A stretch of DNA of 64,000 nt. It comes from Synechococcus sp. (GTDB taxonomy: Bacteria > Cyanobacteriota > Cyanobacteriia > PCC-6307 > Cyanobiaceae). Location of the stretch: contig JBJBDC010000001.1 of assembly GCA_047285535.1 (NCBI GenBank), forward strand, positions 1,728,136 to 1,792,135, written 5' to 3'. The stretch's first letter is position 1; every line of letters begins with the position of its first letter. Shown here piece by piece: positions 54,953-64,000 of the stretch. A program made the translations under genes and the position numbers. The notes under the pieces are model-generated. The model was given only the letters and a program-made list of their open reading frames with translations, had not been told where the DNA came from and ran no database searches.

Positions 54953-56350
54953 ATGGCCGGAGACTCCAGAACGGGCAACATCCTCTCGGAACGGCCAACG
55001 GTGGCCTTTGCCCATCTTGGCTGCGAAAAGAATCGCGTCGATACAGAACACATGCTCGGACTTCTCGCTGAAGCGGGCTACGGGGTCAGTAGCAATGAAA
55101 ATGACGCCAATCTTGTGGTCGTCAACACCTGCAGCTTCATTCAAGACGCCCGCGAAGAGTCGGTACGAACCCTTGTAGAACTTGCCGAGCAAGGCAAGGA
55201 ACTCATCATTGCCGGATGCTTGGCCCAGCATTTTCAAGAAGAACTACTGGAGTCACTACCCGAAGCCAGAGCGATCGTGGGCACTGGCGATTATCAGCAC
55301 ATTGTGGAGGTGTTGAAACAGGTGGAAGCTGGCGAACGTGTGAATCGCGTAAGCCAGACGCCTTCCTTTGTCGCTGACGAAAACCTGCCGCGCTACCGAA
55401 CCACCGGCGAAGCGGTTGCCTATTTGAAAGTGGCAGAAGGCTGCGACTACCGCTGCGCGTTTTGCATCATTCCGCATTTAAGGGGGAATCAACGCTCAAG
55501 AAGCATCGAATCGATCGTTGCTGAAGCCCATCAGTTGGCTGAACAAGGGGTGCAGGAACTCATCCTCATTAGTCAGATCACCACCAACTACGGCCTCGAT
55601 CTCTATGGCAAGCCCCGCCTTGCTGCCCTTCTCGAGGCACTCGGTGAGGTGGAGATCCCTTGGATCCGAGTCCACTACGCCTATCCGACAGGGCTCACCC
55701 CAGAAGTGCTGGCGGCCTATCGAGACGTGCCCAACGTGTTGCCTTATCTCGATCTACCACTTCAGCACAGCCATCCTGAGGTCTTACGAGCCATGAACCG
55801 CCCTTGGCAGACCGATTTAAATGAACGACTGCTGGATCAAATTCGCAACCAACTGCCCGAGGCCATTCTGCGAACCACTTTGATCGTTGGCTTCCCAGGA
55901 GAAACGGAAGCTCATTTTGAACATTTAGTGGGTTTCTTAGAACGCCAGCGCTTTGACCATGTGGGGATTTTCACTTTCTCTCCAGAAGATGGCACTGCTG
56001 CGGCAACATTGCCTAATTCAGTCAAAGACGACATTGCCCTTGCCCGTAAAGATAGGTTGATGACTCTTCAACAACCCATTTCCGCAGCTTGTAATGCCAG
56101 CTGGATCGGGCGGACCGTAGATGTTTTGGTGGAGCAACACAACCCCTCCAACGGTGAGATGATTGGTCGTTGCGCCCGTTTTGCACCAGAGGTCGATGGA
56201 GAGGTGCTAGTCCAACCAGGAGATCAGGGACTCCAGGTCAATCCTGGAACGATGGTTCCCGTGCAGATCACTGGAGCTGACATCTACGACCTCAGTGGCA
56301 GGATCGTTAGTGCTTCCCACATGGTTGCAGCAGCTCGTGGTCGTACGTGA
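54953..56350 (+). CDS. rimO: ribosomal protein S12 methylthiotransferase
   Basis: [35 protein letters not shown] domain. Confidence 0.96.
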   Translation: MAGDSRTGNILSERPTVAFAHLGCEKNRVDTEHMLGLLAEAGYGVSSNENDANLVVVNTCSFIQDAREESVRTLVELAEQGKELIIAGCLAQHFQEELLESLPEARAIVGTGDYQHIVEVLKQVEAGERVNRVSQTPSFVADENLPRYRTTGEAVAYLKVAEGCDYRCAFCIIPHLRGNQRSRSIESIVAEAHQLAEQGVQELILISQITTNYGLDLYGKPRLAALLEALGEVEIPWIRVHYAYPTGLTPEVLAAYRDVPNVLPYLDLPLQHSHPEVLRAMNRPWQTDLNERLLDQIRNQLPEAILRTTLIVGFPGETEAHFEHLVGFLERQRFDHVGIFTFSPEDGTAAATLPNSVKDDIALARKDRLMTLQQPISAACNASWIGRTVDVLVEQHNPSNGEMIGRCARFAPEVDGEVLVQPGDQGLQVNPGTMVPVQITGADIYDLSGRIVSASHMVAAARGRT

Positions 56351-57576
56351 ACAGAAGCCCAAGCTGGCATCAACGACAACGCACCATTTTTCTGATTGCC
56401 TCGGGCTTAAGCACAGCGGGTTCGTTCGCTGGGCTAACCGCCAAGGGATGGATTTTGATGAGCGGCACCCACAATGCCCTGTTACTCGCCCTTCATTTCG
56501 CTGCGCTCTCCCTTCCGACCCTGTTGGTGAGTGGTCCGGCTGGAGTTCGGACGGATCGAATCGGCTGCGAACAGGTGCTGATTCAAGCCCAGTGGGCATT
56601 ACTCGGAGCAGGACTTCTTGGTGCCATGTCCATTCCTCTCTTGGACGGCAATGGCCAGGTTGCCATGCTTCTCGCCAGCACACTGCTGATGGGCGTTGCT
56701 GGTGCCTACGAGCAAACCGCCCGCAATAAATACTGCGCTTTGCTGGTGGAGGAAACCCAGAAATTAGCGCCTTACCTCACCAGTTTTTCTGTTGTTTTTA
56801 ATGTTGGAAAACTTGTTGGCCCACCCCTAGGGGGCTGGCTGGTGGCGTTGACTGGCCCGGAAACGGCTCTCAGCCTCGATGCCCTCACCTATCTGCTCCC
56901 GATTACCAGCGTGATCTGGTTGTTAAAACCAAATAGAACGATTGAGCAACTGAGCATCAAAACCAATGCCGCCACATTGAGCTCAGCATGGAAGGAAAGC
57001 GGACCGATCCTCAGGCATGTGCTCAAGTTCACCGGCTTGATCTGTGTGGTCGGATTCTTTCATCCAGGTCTGGCACCACTGATGGCCGCCGACACCCTCG
57101 GACCAGACCCTAGAGATCTTGGACTGTTTACAAGCGTTCTGGCCGCAGGAAGCATTTGCGGGGGAATTGTGCTTCAACGGAATAGCCACTCATTTAGTCG
57201 TAGGCCTGGCCTCACTCTGGGCTGTTTCTCATTGATTACGGCTGTTGCGCAACTTGGAATGGCAACCACCAAAATTATTCCGTTGGTGTTGCCAATGGTT
57301 TGGCTCATTGGAGCTGGGACTGCTGGTCTACTGAGCAGCGCCAATTTGATTACCCAAGTTGGTTCCAAGCAAGTGATCAGAGGCCGTATGGCCGGATTGA
57401 GCCAAATCGCTTTTCTTGGTGGAGGTGGCTTGAGTGGTCTGATTGCAGCTCAGCTCACCATTTCGCTTGGCCTGCAAGCTACGTTTGCGGTCATGGGTGG
57501 GATTGGCCTTGTTCTATCCGGGTGGGAAATCTGGCATCGCGGTGACCTGCAGATGAAGGAGATCAAATCAGCTTGA
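56347..57576 (+). CDS. MFS transporter
   Basis: About 12 hydrophobic segments, G...DRIG and RGR motifs; GTGA overlap with rimO. Confidence 0.9.
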   Translation: MNRSPSWHQRQRTIFLIASGLSTAGSFAGLTAKGWILMSGTHNALLLALHFAALSLPTLLVSGPAGVRTDRIGCEQVLIQAQWALLGAGLLGAMSIPLLDGNGQVAMLLASTLLMGVAGAYEQTARNKYCALLVEETQKLAPYLTSFSVVFNVGKLVGPPLGGWLVALTGPETALSLDALTYLLPITSVIWLLKPNRTIEQLSIKTNAATLSSAWKESGPILRHVLKFTGLICVVGFFHPGLAPLMAADTLGPDPRDLGLFTSVLAAGSICGGIVLQRNSHSFSRRPGLTLGCFSLITAVAQLGMATTKIIPLVLPMVWLIGAGTAGLLSSANLITQVGSKQVIRGRMAGLSQIAFLGGGGLSGLIAAQLTISLGLQATFAVMGGIGLVLSGWEIWHRGDLQMKEIKSA

Positions 57577-57655
57577 TACCACGCAGCAGAGCACTCAGAC
57601 TGAACGCTGCGACCAATCCTGCTCCCACGAGACTGAGATAGATGACGATGCCCAT
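57563..57655 (-). CDS. petL: cytochrome b6f subunit PetL (30 aa; not in ORF track)
   Basis: [30 protein letters not shown]: a single TM with the characteristic IKLI end. Confidence 0.88.
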   Translation of the reverse strand: MGIVIYLSLVGAGLVAAFSLSALLRGIKLI

Positions 57656-57809
57656 AACAAACAGAGATGGAAGGAACTATTAGATCAGAAAGGCTGCCTA
57701 GATACCGAAGAACGCGCTTAAGCTTGTGCGCATCGACACTTATGGACAAGTCCGGTCTGCATTGATGGTCGGCCGCCATCCTCACAAGCACTGCCACTCC
57801 GATCGAACA

Positions 57810-59384
57810 ATGCGCACTCTCTTTATCTATCCCCAGTTCCCCAAGACCTTCTGGAGTTACGAGAAAATCCTGGAACTGGTCAATCGGAAGGTGTTGCTCC
57901 CGCCGTTAGGCCTGGTCACTGTTGCTGCCCTGCTCCCCCAGGACTGGGAGATGAAGCTGGTGGATCGAAACGTACGTGAACTGACAGAAGCTGAATGGGA
58001 CTGGGCAGAGCTTGTAGTGATTTCAGGAATGATCGTCCAAAAGGACGATATGAAACAGCAGATCAGCGAAGCAAAACGCCGAGGACTGCCTGTGGCGGTC
58101 GGAGGTCCCTACGCCAGTTCCACGCCGGATGCCCCTGAAATTGCTGACGCAGATTTCAAAATATTGGATGAGGGAGAGATCACCCTGCCTTTGTTTGTCG
58201 AAGCCATCCAAAGAGGTGATCGAAGTGGACGATTTAGCGCCGAAGGAGACAAGCCTGATGTGACCTCCACTCCGATTCCCCGCTTTGACCTACTTCAGCT
58301 CGATGCGTATGACTCGATGAGCGTGCAGTTTTCGCGTGGATGTCCTTTCAACTGCGAATTTTGCGACATCATCGTCCTCTACGGACGCAAACCACGCACG
58401 AAAACCCCAGAACAACTGATAGCAGAATTGCAGTCTCTCTACGACCTTGGGTGGAGACGTTCAATCTTTCTGGTGGATGACAATTTCATTGGCAATAAAC
58501 GCAATGCCAAGCTTTTACTTCCGCAGATCCAAGAATGGCAACAAGACCGTGGGTATCCATTCAGCTTTGCAACAGAAGCATCAGTAGATTTAGCTGATGA
58601 CGAGGAAATGATGCGAATGATGCATGAGGCTCGCTTTGAAAGTGTTTTTCTCGGAATTGAAACTCCAGACGAAGCAAGTTTAGAAACCTCCAGAAAAATT
58701 CAAAACACTCGCAATCCTCTTGATGCTGCTGTTGACCGCATTACAGCAAATGGCATTCGAGTCATGGCAGGTTTCATCATTGGTTTCGATGGAGAAAAAG
58801 ACGGGGCTGGCTTACGGATTGTTGATTTCGTCACGCGTACAGGAATTCCTGCAGCCATGATGGGCATGCTGCAAGCCCTACCGAATACCGCTCTTTGGCA
58901 TCGCCTTGAAAAAGAAGGGAGGCTCATTCAAGACGAATCCGCCGCCAAAGGAGTCAACCAGACCAATCTGCTTAACTTCAAACCAACCAGGCCAATTCGC
59001 GACATCGCGAATGAATATGTTGATGCATTTTGCGCCCTCTACGAGCCTAATGCTTACATGGATAGGGTGTACACATATTATTTAAAGATGGGAGCTCCTC
59101 GATGGAAAGCCACCAGCAAATTGCCGACTTGGACTGATATCAAAGCACTCTCGATCGTGATCTGGAGACAAGGATTAAAGCGCAATACTCGTTGGCGCTT
59201 TTGGCGTTACCTCTTTGGGATGGCACGCCAGAATCCCGCAATGCTTGAACAATTCATTGTTGTACTTGCACACAACGAACATTTCATGGAATACCGAGCA
59301 ATCGTGCAACGGGAGATTCGTGAACAACTGGAATCATTACCTCCTGAAGAACCCAGAAACGCACGCACTTTGCAAGCTGTTTAG
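57810..59384 (+). CDS. cobalamin-binding radical SAM protein
   Basis: PPLGL.TVAA, GGPY, SRGCPFNCEFC, DDNF, GFIIGFD. Confidence 0.93.
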   Translation: MRTLFIYPQFPKTFWSYEKILELVNRKVLLPPLGLVTVAALLPQDWEMKLVDRNVRELTEAEWDWAELVVISGMIVQKDDMKQQISEAKRRGLPVAVGGPYASSTPDAPEIADADFKILDEGEITLPLFVEAIQRGDRSGRFSAEGDKPDVTSTPIPRFDLLQLDAYDSMSVQFSRGCPFNCEFCDIIVLYGRKPRTKTPEQLIAELQSLYDLGWRRSIFLVDDNFIGNKRNAKLLLPQIQEWQQDRGYPFSFATEASVDLADDEEMMRMMHEARFESVFLGIETPDEASLETSRKIQNTRNPLDAAVDRITANGIRVMAGFIIGFDGEKDGAGLRIVDFVTRTGIPAAMMGMLQALPNTALWHRLEKEGRLIQDESAAKGVNQTNLLNFKPTRPIRDIANEYVDAFCALYEPNAYMDRVYTYYLKMGAPRWKATSKLPTWTDIKALSIVIWRQGLKRNTRWRFWRYLFGMARQNPAMLEQFIVVLAHNEHFMEYRAIVQREIREQLESLPPEEPRNARTLQAV

Positions 59385-59390
59385 GTTGAT

Positions 59391-59798
59391 TTAATCCTGC
59401 TGATATTGCTTTCCATTGCGAAGGCATTGTTCGGCCTTCTGAAGTTCACGTCCCAAATACAAAGCGTGATCCAAACGACTAACGAGCTGGATCCCATCTC
59501 CTTCTACCAAAGCAATACCCACTTCTTTTGCGGTGCGTCCGCGCAAAACAGCCGAAGGCGTGCGAGAACTACTTTGGCGGCAGGCAATCACTGCCCCTGA
59601 TACCGGATCTCTAGCAAGCCCCTTCTCATCAATGGTGTTGCAGTAATGCTCAACAACCAATTCGGCTGAAGCAACATCTACGCGAATGAGAAAATAACCC
59701 AATGGATCAAGAGCTATGGAACGTTGCGACAACTGATCATCCAGCTGAGCACACTCATTAACTCCGAAAGCGGTGGTGATCTGGTTCAATCTGGCCAA
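59391..59798 (-). CDS. DUF4346 family protein
   Basis: LDP.GYF.I, GRTAKE, SRLDHALYLGREL.KAE, Y.QD. Confidence 0.88.
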   Translation of the reverse strand: MARLNQITTAFGVNECAQLDDQLSQRSIALDPLGYFLIRVDVASAELVVEHYCNTIDEKGLARDPVSGAVIACRQSSSRTPSAVLRGRTAKEVGIALVEGDGIQLVSRLDHALYLGRELQKAEQCLRNGKQYQQD

Positions 59799-59813
59799 GA
59801 CTCTCTTCTCAAC

Positions 59814-60992
59814 CTACAGAGAAAGGGAAGGAGTCTCAAATCGGAAAGGGAGCTCTGCGTTGATGGCCTCAATCTCCTCAAGCATCAGTGGATTGACCTT
59901 ATCAAGCCAACCACGAATCAATCCATCCATCTGGGGCTCGTACCAACGATGAAGGCTGGTGATGGGACGGGCCACAAAACCACGCCGACGTTTATGACTC
60001 CCTCCAGCTCCAGGGTCAAAACTCAGCAGGCCTTGCTTGAGAGCCCACTCAATCGGAGCGTAATAGCAAACCTCAAAATGAAGACAATCAATCTCTTCAT
60101 TACTACCCCAGTAACGGCCCCACAGCGACACGCCATCATGAACACAGAGCGACATCGCCACTGGCTCATGAGAGTTGCCACGATGAGCACTAAAGAGAAC
60201 AATCCTGTCACGTAAGGAATCAGTAGCCAAGGCATCGAAAAATGATTCCTCGAGGTATTTGCTGCCCCACATCCCCCATCGAGCACAGTGCTGTTCATAG
60301 AAACCATGCATACATTTCATCAAAGAACGATCGAGTGCATCACCGCAGAGAGGCGTAATCTCAAGACCCGCTTGATGGACAGCCTTTCGTTCACGTTTGA
60401 TGTTGCGGCGCTGATTGGCATTGAAACCGCCCAAGTAATCACTGAAATCAGTCGTTCCATTGGATGTCCATAAACTCTGCTGATTGAGCCAAGAAGCACA
60501 GCCTGCAGCTTCTGCCAAGGGGCGCCAGAGAGGATCAACGTAGAGAAAGTTGCAACTAAGAATGCCGTTATTGCGAGCGAAGGTGTCAATCAACTCCAAC
60601 ATCAGCTGAGTGAATTCCGCAGGATCTTCATCCGCGGCTACATGAAAGCGATAGCCCTGAACCGGACTCACAGGGCTCATACCAATCAACTTTGGGTAAT
60701 AACGGAGACCAAGATCGCCAGCGAGGCGGGCGAAGGCCTGATCAAAGACAAACTCCCCGTAGCTGTGACCCTTGAGATAAAGCGGGGCTAGCGCACAAAG
60801 ATGATCTCCCCGCCACAAGGAAAGATGCAAAGGCTGCCACCCTTGATCGGGCGACACACTCCCAGAATCCTCAAGAGCGGCAAGCCACTGCCAACTGTAA
60901 AAGGGAATGACATCGGGACCCACAAGTTGTCCCCACTGCCGCTCGGGGATCTCCCGAATCGAGCGATGCCAACAAGCCTTCAAAGATGCCAT
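59814..60992 (-). CDS. GNAT/FemAB-like protein (DUF482 family)
   Basis: LE.SGSV..GWQP, YLK.HSYGEFVFD, YYPKL, GRYWG, LHFE.CYY, GAGG.HK..RGF. Confidence 0.9.
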   Translation of the reverse strand: MASLKACWHRSIREIPERQWGQLVGPDVIPFYSWQWLAALEDSGSVSPDQGWQPLHLSLWRGDHLCALAPLYLKGHSYGEFVFDQAFARLAGDLGLRYYPKLIGMSPVSPVQGYRFHVAADEDPAEFTQLMLELIDTFARNNGILSCNFLYVDPLWRPLAEAAGCASWLNQQSLWTSNGTTDFSDYLGGFNANQRRNIKRERKAVHQAGLEITPLCGDALDRSLMKCMHGFYEQHCARWGMWGSKYLEESFFDALATDSLRDRIVLFSAHRGNSHEPVAMSLCVHDGVSLWGRYWGSNEEIDCLHFEVCYYAPIEWALKQGLLSFDPGAGGSHKRRRGFVARPITSLHRWYEPQMDGLIRGWLDKVNPLMLEEIEAINAELPFRFETPSLSL

Positions 60993-61083
60993 AACCGGCG
61001 AAGACAGCGGCGAAGATGCTGACCCTAACCAGCGACAGGCAGCTCGGGCACACTAAGAGGATCTCAACAGTATCCGAGCTGCT

Positions 61084-61527
61084 GTGATCAGATCAATTCC
61101 CCGAGAAAGGCTGAAGCTTCCAGCGCTGTTAGTGCTCAGCTTGATGCTCAGCGGAAGTGTCGCTCAAGCAGGACTGCTGCAGCCATTACTGCAGATGATG
61201 CGTCCAAAACTCGAGAATCAACTGGCTCATTACTGTCAGCGACTCGCAAAAGATGCCCTCCGTGCAGCTGATCTGGGTCTTGAACAATTCAGCAATGTCG
61301 TCCAACAACCTTGCCAGGGGTTAGCCAAGCCAGTCAGCCAATGTCTGATCCGTGAAACCAGCAGCAGTGGCAGGGAACTGGGTGTGCTCAGTGAACTGCT
61401 TTCAGGCCGTATTGGTGACGATGCCAATGTTGTAATCAAACGCTGTCTGGCGTCAATGCTGGGGCTCGGCGAGACTGATCTACAGGATGTCCCCATCTCT
61501 GAACTCTTTCAACGCCTGCGTCTGTAG
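61084..61527 (+). CDS. conserved exported hypothetical protein with Cys residues
   Basis: Signal-like N-terminus, C....PVS.CLI.ET..SGRELGV..EL..G..GDD..VV.KRCL. Confidence 0.75.
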   Translation: MIRSIPRERLKLPALLVLSLMLSGSVAQAGLLQPLLQMMRPKLENQLAHYCQRLAKDALRAADLGLEQFSNVVQQPCQGLAKPVSQCLIRETSSSGRELGVLSELLSGRIGDDANVVIKRCLASMLGLGETDLQDVPISELFQRLRL

Positions 61528-62174
61528 TGAACCACCAACTCATTGCCAGCCAAGGGATCAGCAGCTAAGAGCGTCCACGCATCGGGTTGTGCCATCAAAG
61601 CGGGAAGGCTGCAACCATCTGTCGGAATCCAGCTGAATCGACCTCCAAGCAGACATGGGCTGAAGGTCAACTGCAACTCATCGACCTGGTCGGCTTCCAG
61701 TAAAGACCCGCAGAGGCCAGCACCTCCCAGCAGAGCCAGGCGACGAAAACCACATTCAGCGAGCTCGCCCAAGGTGCTCTCCCAGGATGGGTGCAACGTA
61801 TGAATTTCGGAAAAACCATCAACAGTCTCTCCCTGCGTCGTCACAAGATGACGGGCAATGGGCTGGCGAAAAAAAGGCCACTGCTGGCAAAAATCTCGAC
61901 GTCGACTGACCACCAGAGCTGTGGGCTGCAAGGACCTTCCGTCTTGCTTTCGCTGCATCAAAAGCTGTTCGTTATGAATCAAGCAGGTGCATCGATGTGC
62001 CCGCAGTGTTCCGGCACCGATCAGAACGGCATCTGACCAGGCCAAAGCCTGCTCAAGCACATAACGATCACCTGCACCACCTAGCTGGGCGGCACCTCCT
62101 GACGACGGTGCAAGGCGTCCATCCAAGCTGACTGCAAGCACGAGGCGAACCAAAGACCGCTCCACGTTGAGCAA
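61509..62174 (-). CDS. RibD C-terminal (reductase) domain protein
   Basis: AVSLDGRLA, DAVLIGAGT, LLGGAGL, VDEL.L...P.LLGG. Confidence 0.9.
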   Translation of the reverse strand: MLNVERSLVRLVLAVSLDGRLAPSSGGAAQLGGAGDRYVLEQALAWSDAVLIGAGTLRAHRCTCLIHNEQLLMQRKQDGRSLQPTALVVSRRRDFCQQWPFFRQPIARHLVTTQGETVDGFSEIHTLHPSWESTLGELAECGFRRLALLGGAGLCGSLLEADQVDELQLTFSPCLLGGRFSWIPTDGCSLPALMAQPDAWTLLAADPLAGNELVVHYRRRR

Positions 62175-62177
62175 GCT

Positions 62178-63098
62178 TCAACCATTAACAATCGAATGCA
62201 TCGCTTCAGGCATCGCATTAAGGGCTGGAGTTTCGGCATACACCTCAGCCGCATTATTTGGACTCTCCTGAAGGCGCACTTTGTGCAACTGAGCGCCAAT
62301 GGCGCGAACTGGTGATGTCAGTCGGTCAACAATGTGAAGAGCAATGTTCTCGGCTGTGGGGACACATTCTGAGAAATGCGCCACATCTTTATTCAGGAAG
62401 GTGTGATCAAAAGGCTCAACCACCAAATCGCTCACGAGACGCTGCAGCGCGGCAAGATCACAGACCATGCCTGTCCGCGGATCAATGCTGCCGCGAACAG
62501 TGACATCAACCAAATAATTGTGGCCGTGGCCATGGGGACGGGCACACTTGCCGTAGATCTGCTCATTTTCCTCCTGACTGAGCTCTGGTCTCGCCAGCCG
62601 GTGTGCAGCAGCAAAGTGAGTACGGATGGTGAGATAGGCGTCCATGGATTGTCCGAGATAGTCGGCCCACAGGCCTGAGGATTCATAAAGTCGCAGCGCC
62701 ACAAGCGGGAGCTGATTGGCCAACCGGAGCCAGATGCTCCGAACAAGCGCTTCGGTCGTTGGCAGGCAACCGTCCGAACTGCTGACATCGAATTCTGGCC
62801 AAGCCTCATTGAGGAAGCGAAAATCGAGTTGATCAGTGACCTGAGACCGAATCGCATGCTTCACCTCAGAGAGGTTAAGCACCATGCCATTGGCATCAAG
62901 GCCACCTGCCATCGACACAATCAATTCATAATTGTGCCCATGGCCAGGAGCCATGGAACAGGAACCGAATTGAGCAGCATTGTCGTCTGCATCTAATTCC
63001 GGCAACCAATAACGATGACTAGCACTGAAACAGGCTCGTCTGGTGATGACACAACCACGACCTTGGCCGTGGGGTGCGGTCGTGATGGGATCAGTCAT
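62178..63098 (-). CDS. double-domain 6-carboxytetrahydropterin / 6-pyruvoyltetrahydropterin synthase
   Basis: Two T-fold repeats: FSASH..GHGHNY..PTTE and FAAAH..HGHGHNY..PTAE. Confidence 0.93.
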   Translation of the reverse strand: MTDPITTAPHGQGRGCVITRRACFSASHRYWLPELDADDNAAQFGSCSMAPGHGHNYELIVSMAGGLDANGMVLNLSEVKHAIRSQVTDQLDFRFLNEAWPEFDVSSSDGCLPTTEALVRSIWLRLANQLPLVALRLYESSGLWADYLGQSMDAYLTIRTHFAAAHRLARPELSQEENEQIYGKCARPHGHGHNYLVDVTVRGSIDPRTGMVCDLAALQRLVSDLVVEPFDHTFLNKDVAHFSECVPTAENIALHIVDRLTSPVRAIGAQLHKVRLQESPNNAAEVYAETPALNAMPEAMHSIVNG

Positions 63099-63150
63099 GA
63101 CGCGGTCTGACCGATACTCATCCTAGTGAGTTCTCACACCTGCCGAACGG

Positions 63151-63765
63151 ATGGCTGATGGCGCAACCTCTACACCACACCCCTTGAAGGCTCGCCTTGG
63201 CGGCCGCAACCTTTACCTGATCGGGATGATGGGAAGTGGCAAAAGCAGCACCGGGCGACCTTTAGCCAAGCGTCTGGGTTATGGCTTCGTCGATGCCGAC
63301 GGTGTCCTCGAAGCGCTGGCCAAGCGCCCCATAGCCAAAGTCTTTGAGGCAGACGGCGAACAGAGATTCCGAGCACTCGAAAGTCAGGTGCTGCAAGCCA
63401 TTGGCGAGCGCCATTCACTCGTTGTAGCCACCGGTGGAGGCGTAATCACACGGCCTGAAAACTGGGGCGTACTCCATCAAGGAATCGTGATCTGGCTTGC
63501 CCCAGAACGAGACCAATTATTGGCGCGTCTCACTCTTGATCCAGGCGCAAGACCACTGCTTCAAGATCGTGATCCGGCTACTGCTCTGGATGCACTCCTC
63601 GAAGCTCGCACACCCCTCTATGCCGAGGCCGATTTGCAGGTAGCAGTTAGAGAAGAAACGGTGAATGAAGTAGCAGAAAGGATTCTGGACAAGATCCCTG
63701 GAATTCTCCAACCGCATGAGTTCAGGAAGCAGGATCCAGGCGGACCGCAAACCATTGCAGATTGA
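63151..63765 (+). CDS. aroK: shikimate kinase
   Basis: [26 protein letters not shown]. Confidence 0.96.
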   Translation: MADGATSTPHPLKARLGGRNLYLIGMMGSGKSSTGRPLAKRLGYGFVDADGVLEALAKRPIAKVFEADGEQRFRALESQVLQAIGERHSLVVATGGGVITRPENWGVLHQGIVIWLAPERDQLLARLTLDPGARPLLQDRDPATALDALLEARTPLYAEADLQVAVREETVNEVAERILDKIPGILQPHEFRKQDPGGPQTIAD

Positions 63766-63982
63766 AACCCGGAGCCAGTTCGAGATCACAAGCTGTATCC
63801 AACAACCTTGCGGCAGCTGCACCAGGAGTCCCGAAACCTCGCAAATCATTGGGCAGCGCAGACATCGTCGCCAGCTGATCCGTTAGCCATGCCAGGGTGT
63901 CGTCGGAACTGAGCAGTCGCTCTGGCTGGCCTGGCTCAAGAACCACGTAGTGATCACAAGCTCGGATAAGGGGATCAGACAT
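63722..63982 (-). CDS. chlororespiratory reduction protein 7 (CRR7)-like
   Basis: [30 protein letters not shown]. Confidence 0.85.
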   Translation of the reverse strand: MSDPLIRACDHYVVLEPGQPERLLSSDDTLAWLTDQLATMSALPNDLRGFGTPGAAAARLLDTACDLELAPGFNLQWFAVRLDPAS

Positions 63983-64000
63983 GACGCGGCCATTGCTGGC

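Noticed and set aside
62178..63098. Tandem-domain QueD/PTPS as a novelty
   Set aside because: The double-domain form is usual in cyanobacteria.

Overview
64 kb of a marine picocyanobacterial chromosome, most likely marine Synechococcus, judged from the 16S/ITS layout, psbU, hli, petL, gene order and the rarity of HIP1 sites. About 7.7-64 kb is core genome: pgm, an RND pump, rarA, bcp, coaX, cysH, hflX, ktrB/ktrA, anmK, ABC-F, HtrA, hrpB, hli, xseAB, a complete minus-strand rRNA operon (16S, tRNA-Ile, tRNA-Ala, 23S, 5S), tolC, uppP, psbU, nadB, VKOR, rimO, petL, radical SAM enzymes, a double-domain QueD/PTPS, aroK and CRR7. The first ~7.2 kb is a visibly AT-richer accessory segment. It encodes a 1321-aa animal-type (peroxidase-cyclooxygenase superfamily) heme peroxidase with intact catalytic and heme-ester residues, an unrecognised tandemly duplicated N-terminal module, and no signal peptide or RTX repeats. 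A long upstream region carries repeated palindromes, and downstream lie frameshifted remnants of a PLD/ComA-type gene and a DUF3104 gene. In the core region, the ORF between hflX and ktrB appears to be an in-frame, internally deleted and strongly diverged remnant of an SLC13 permease. Four small genes below the ORF-track cutoff were read by hand. All family assignments come from motif recognition and recall; no searches were run.
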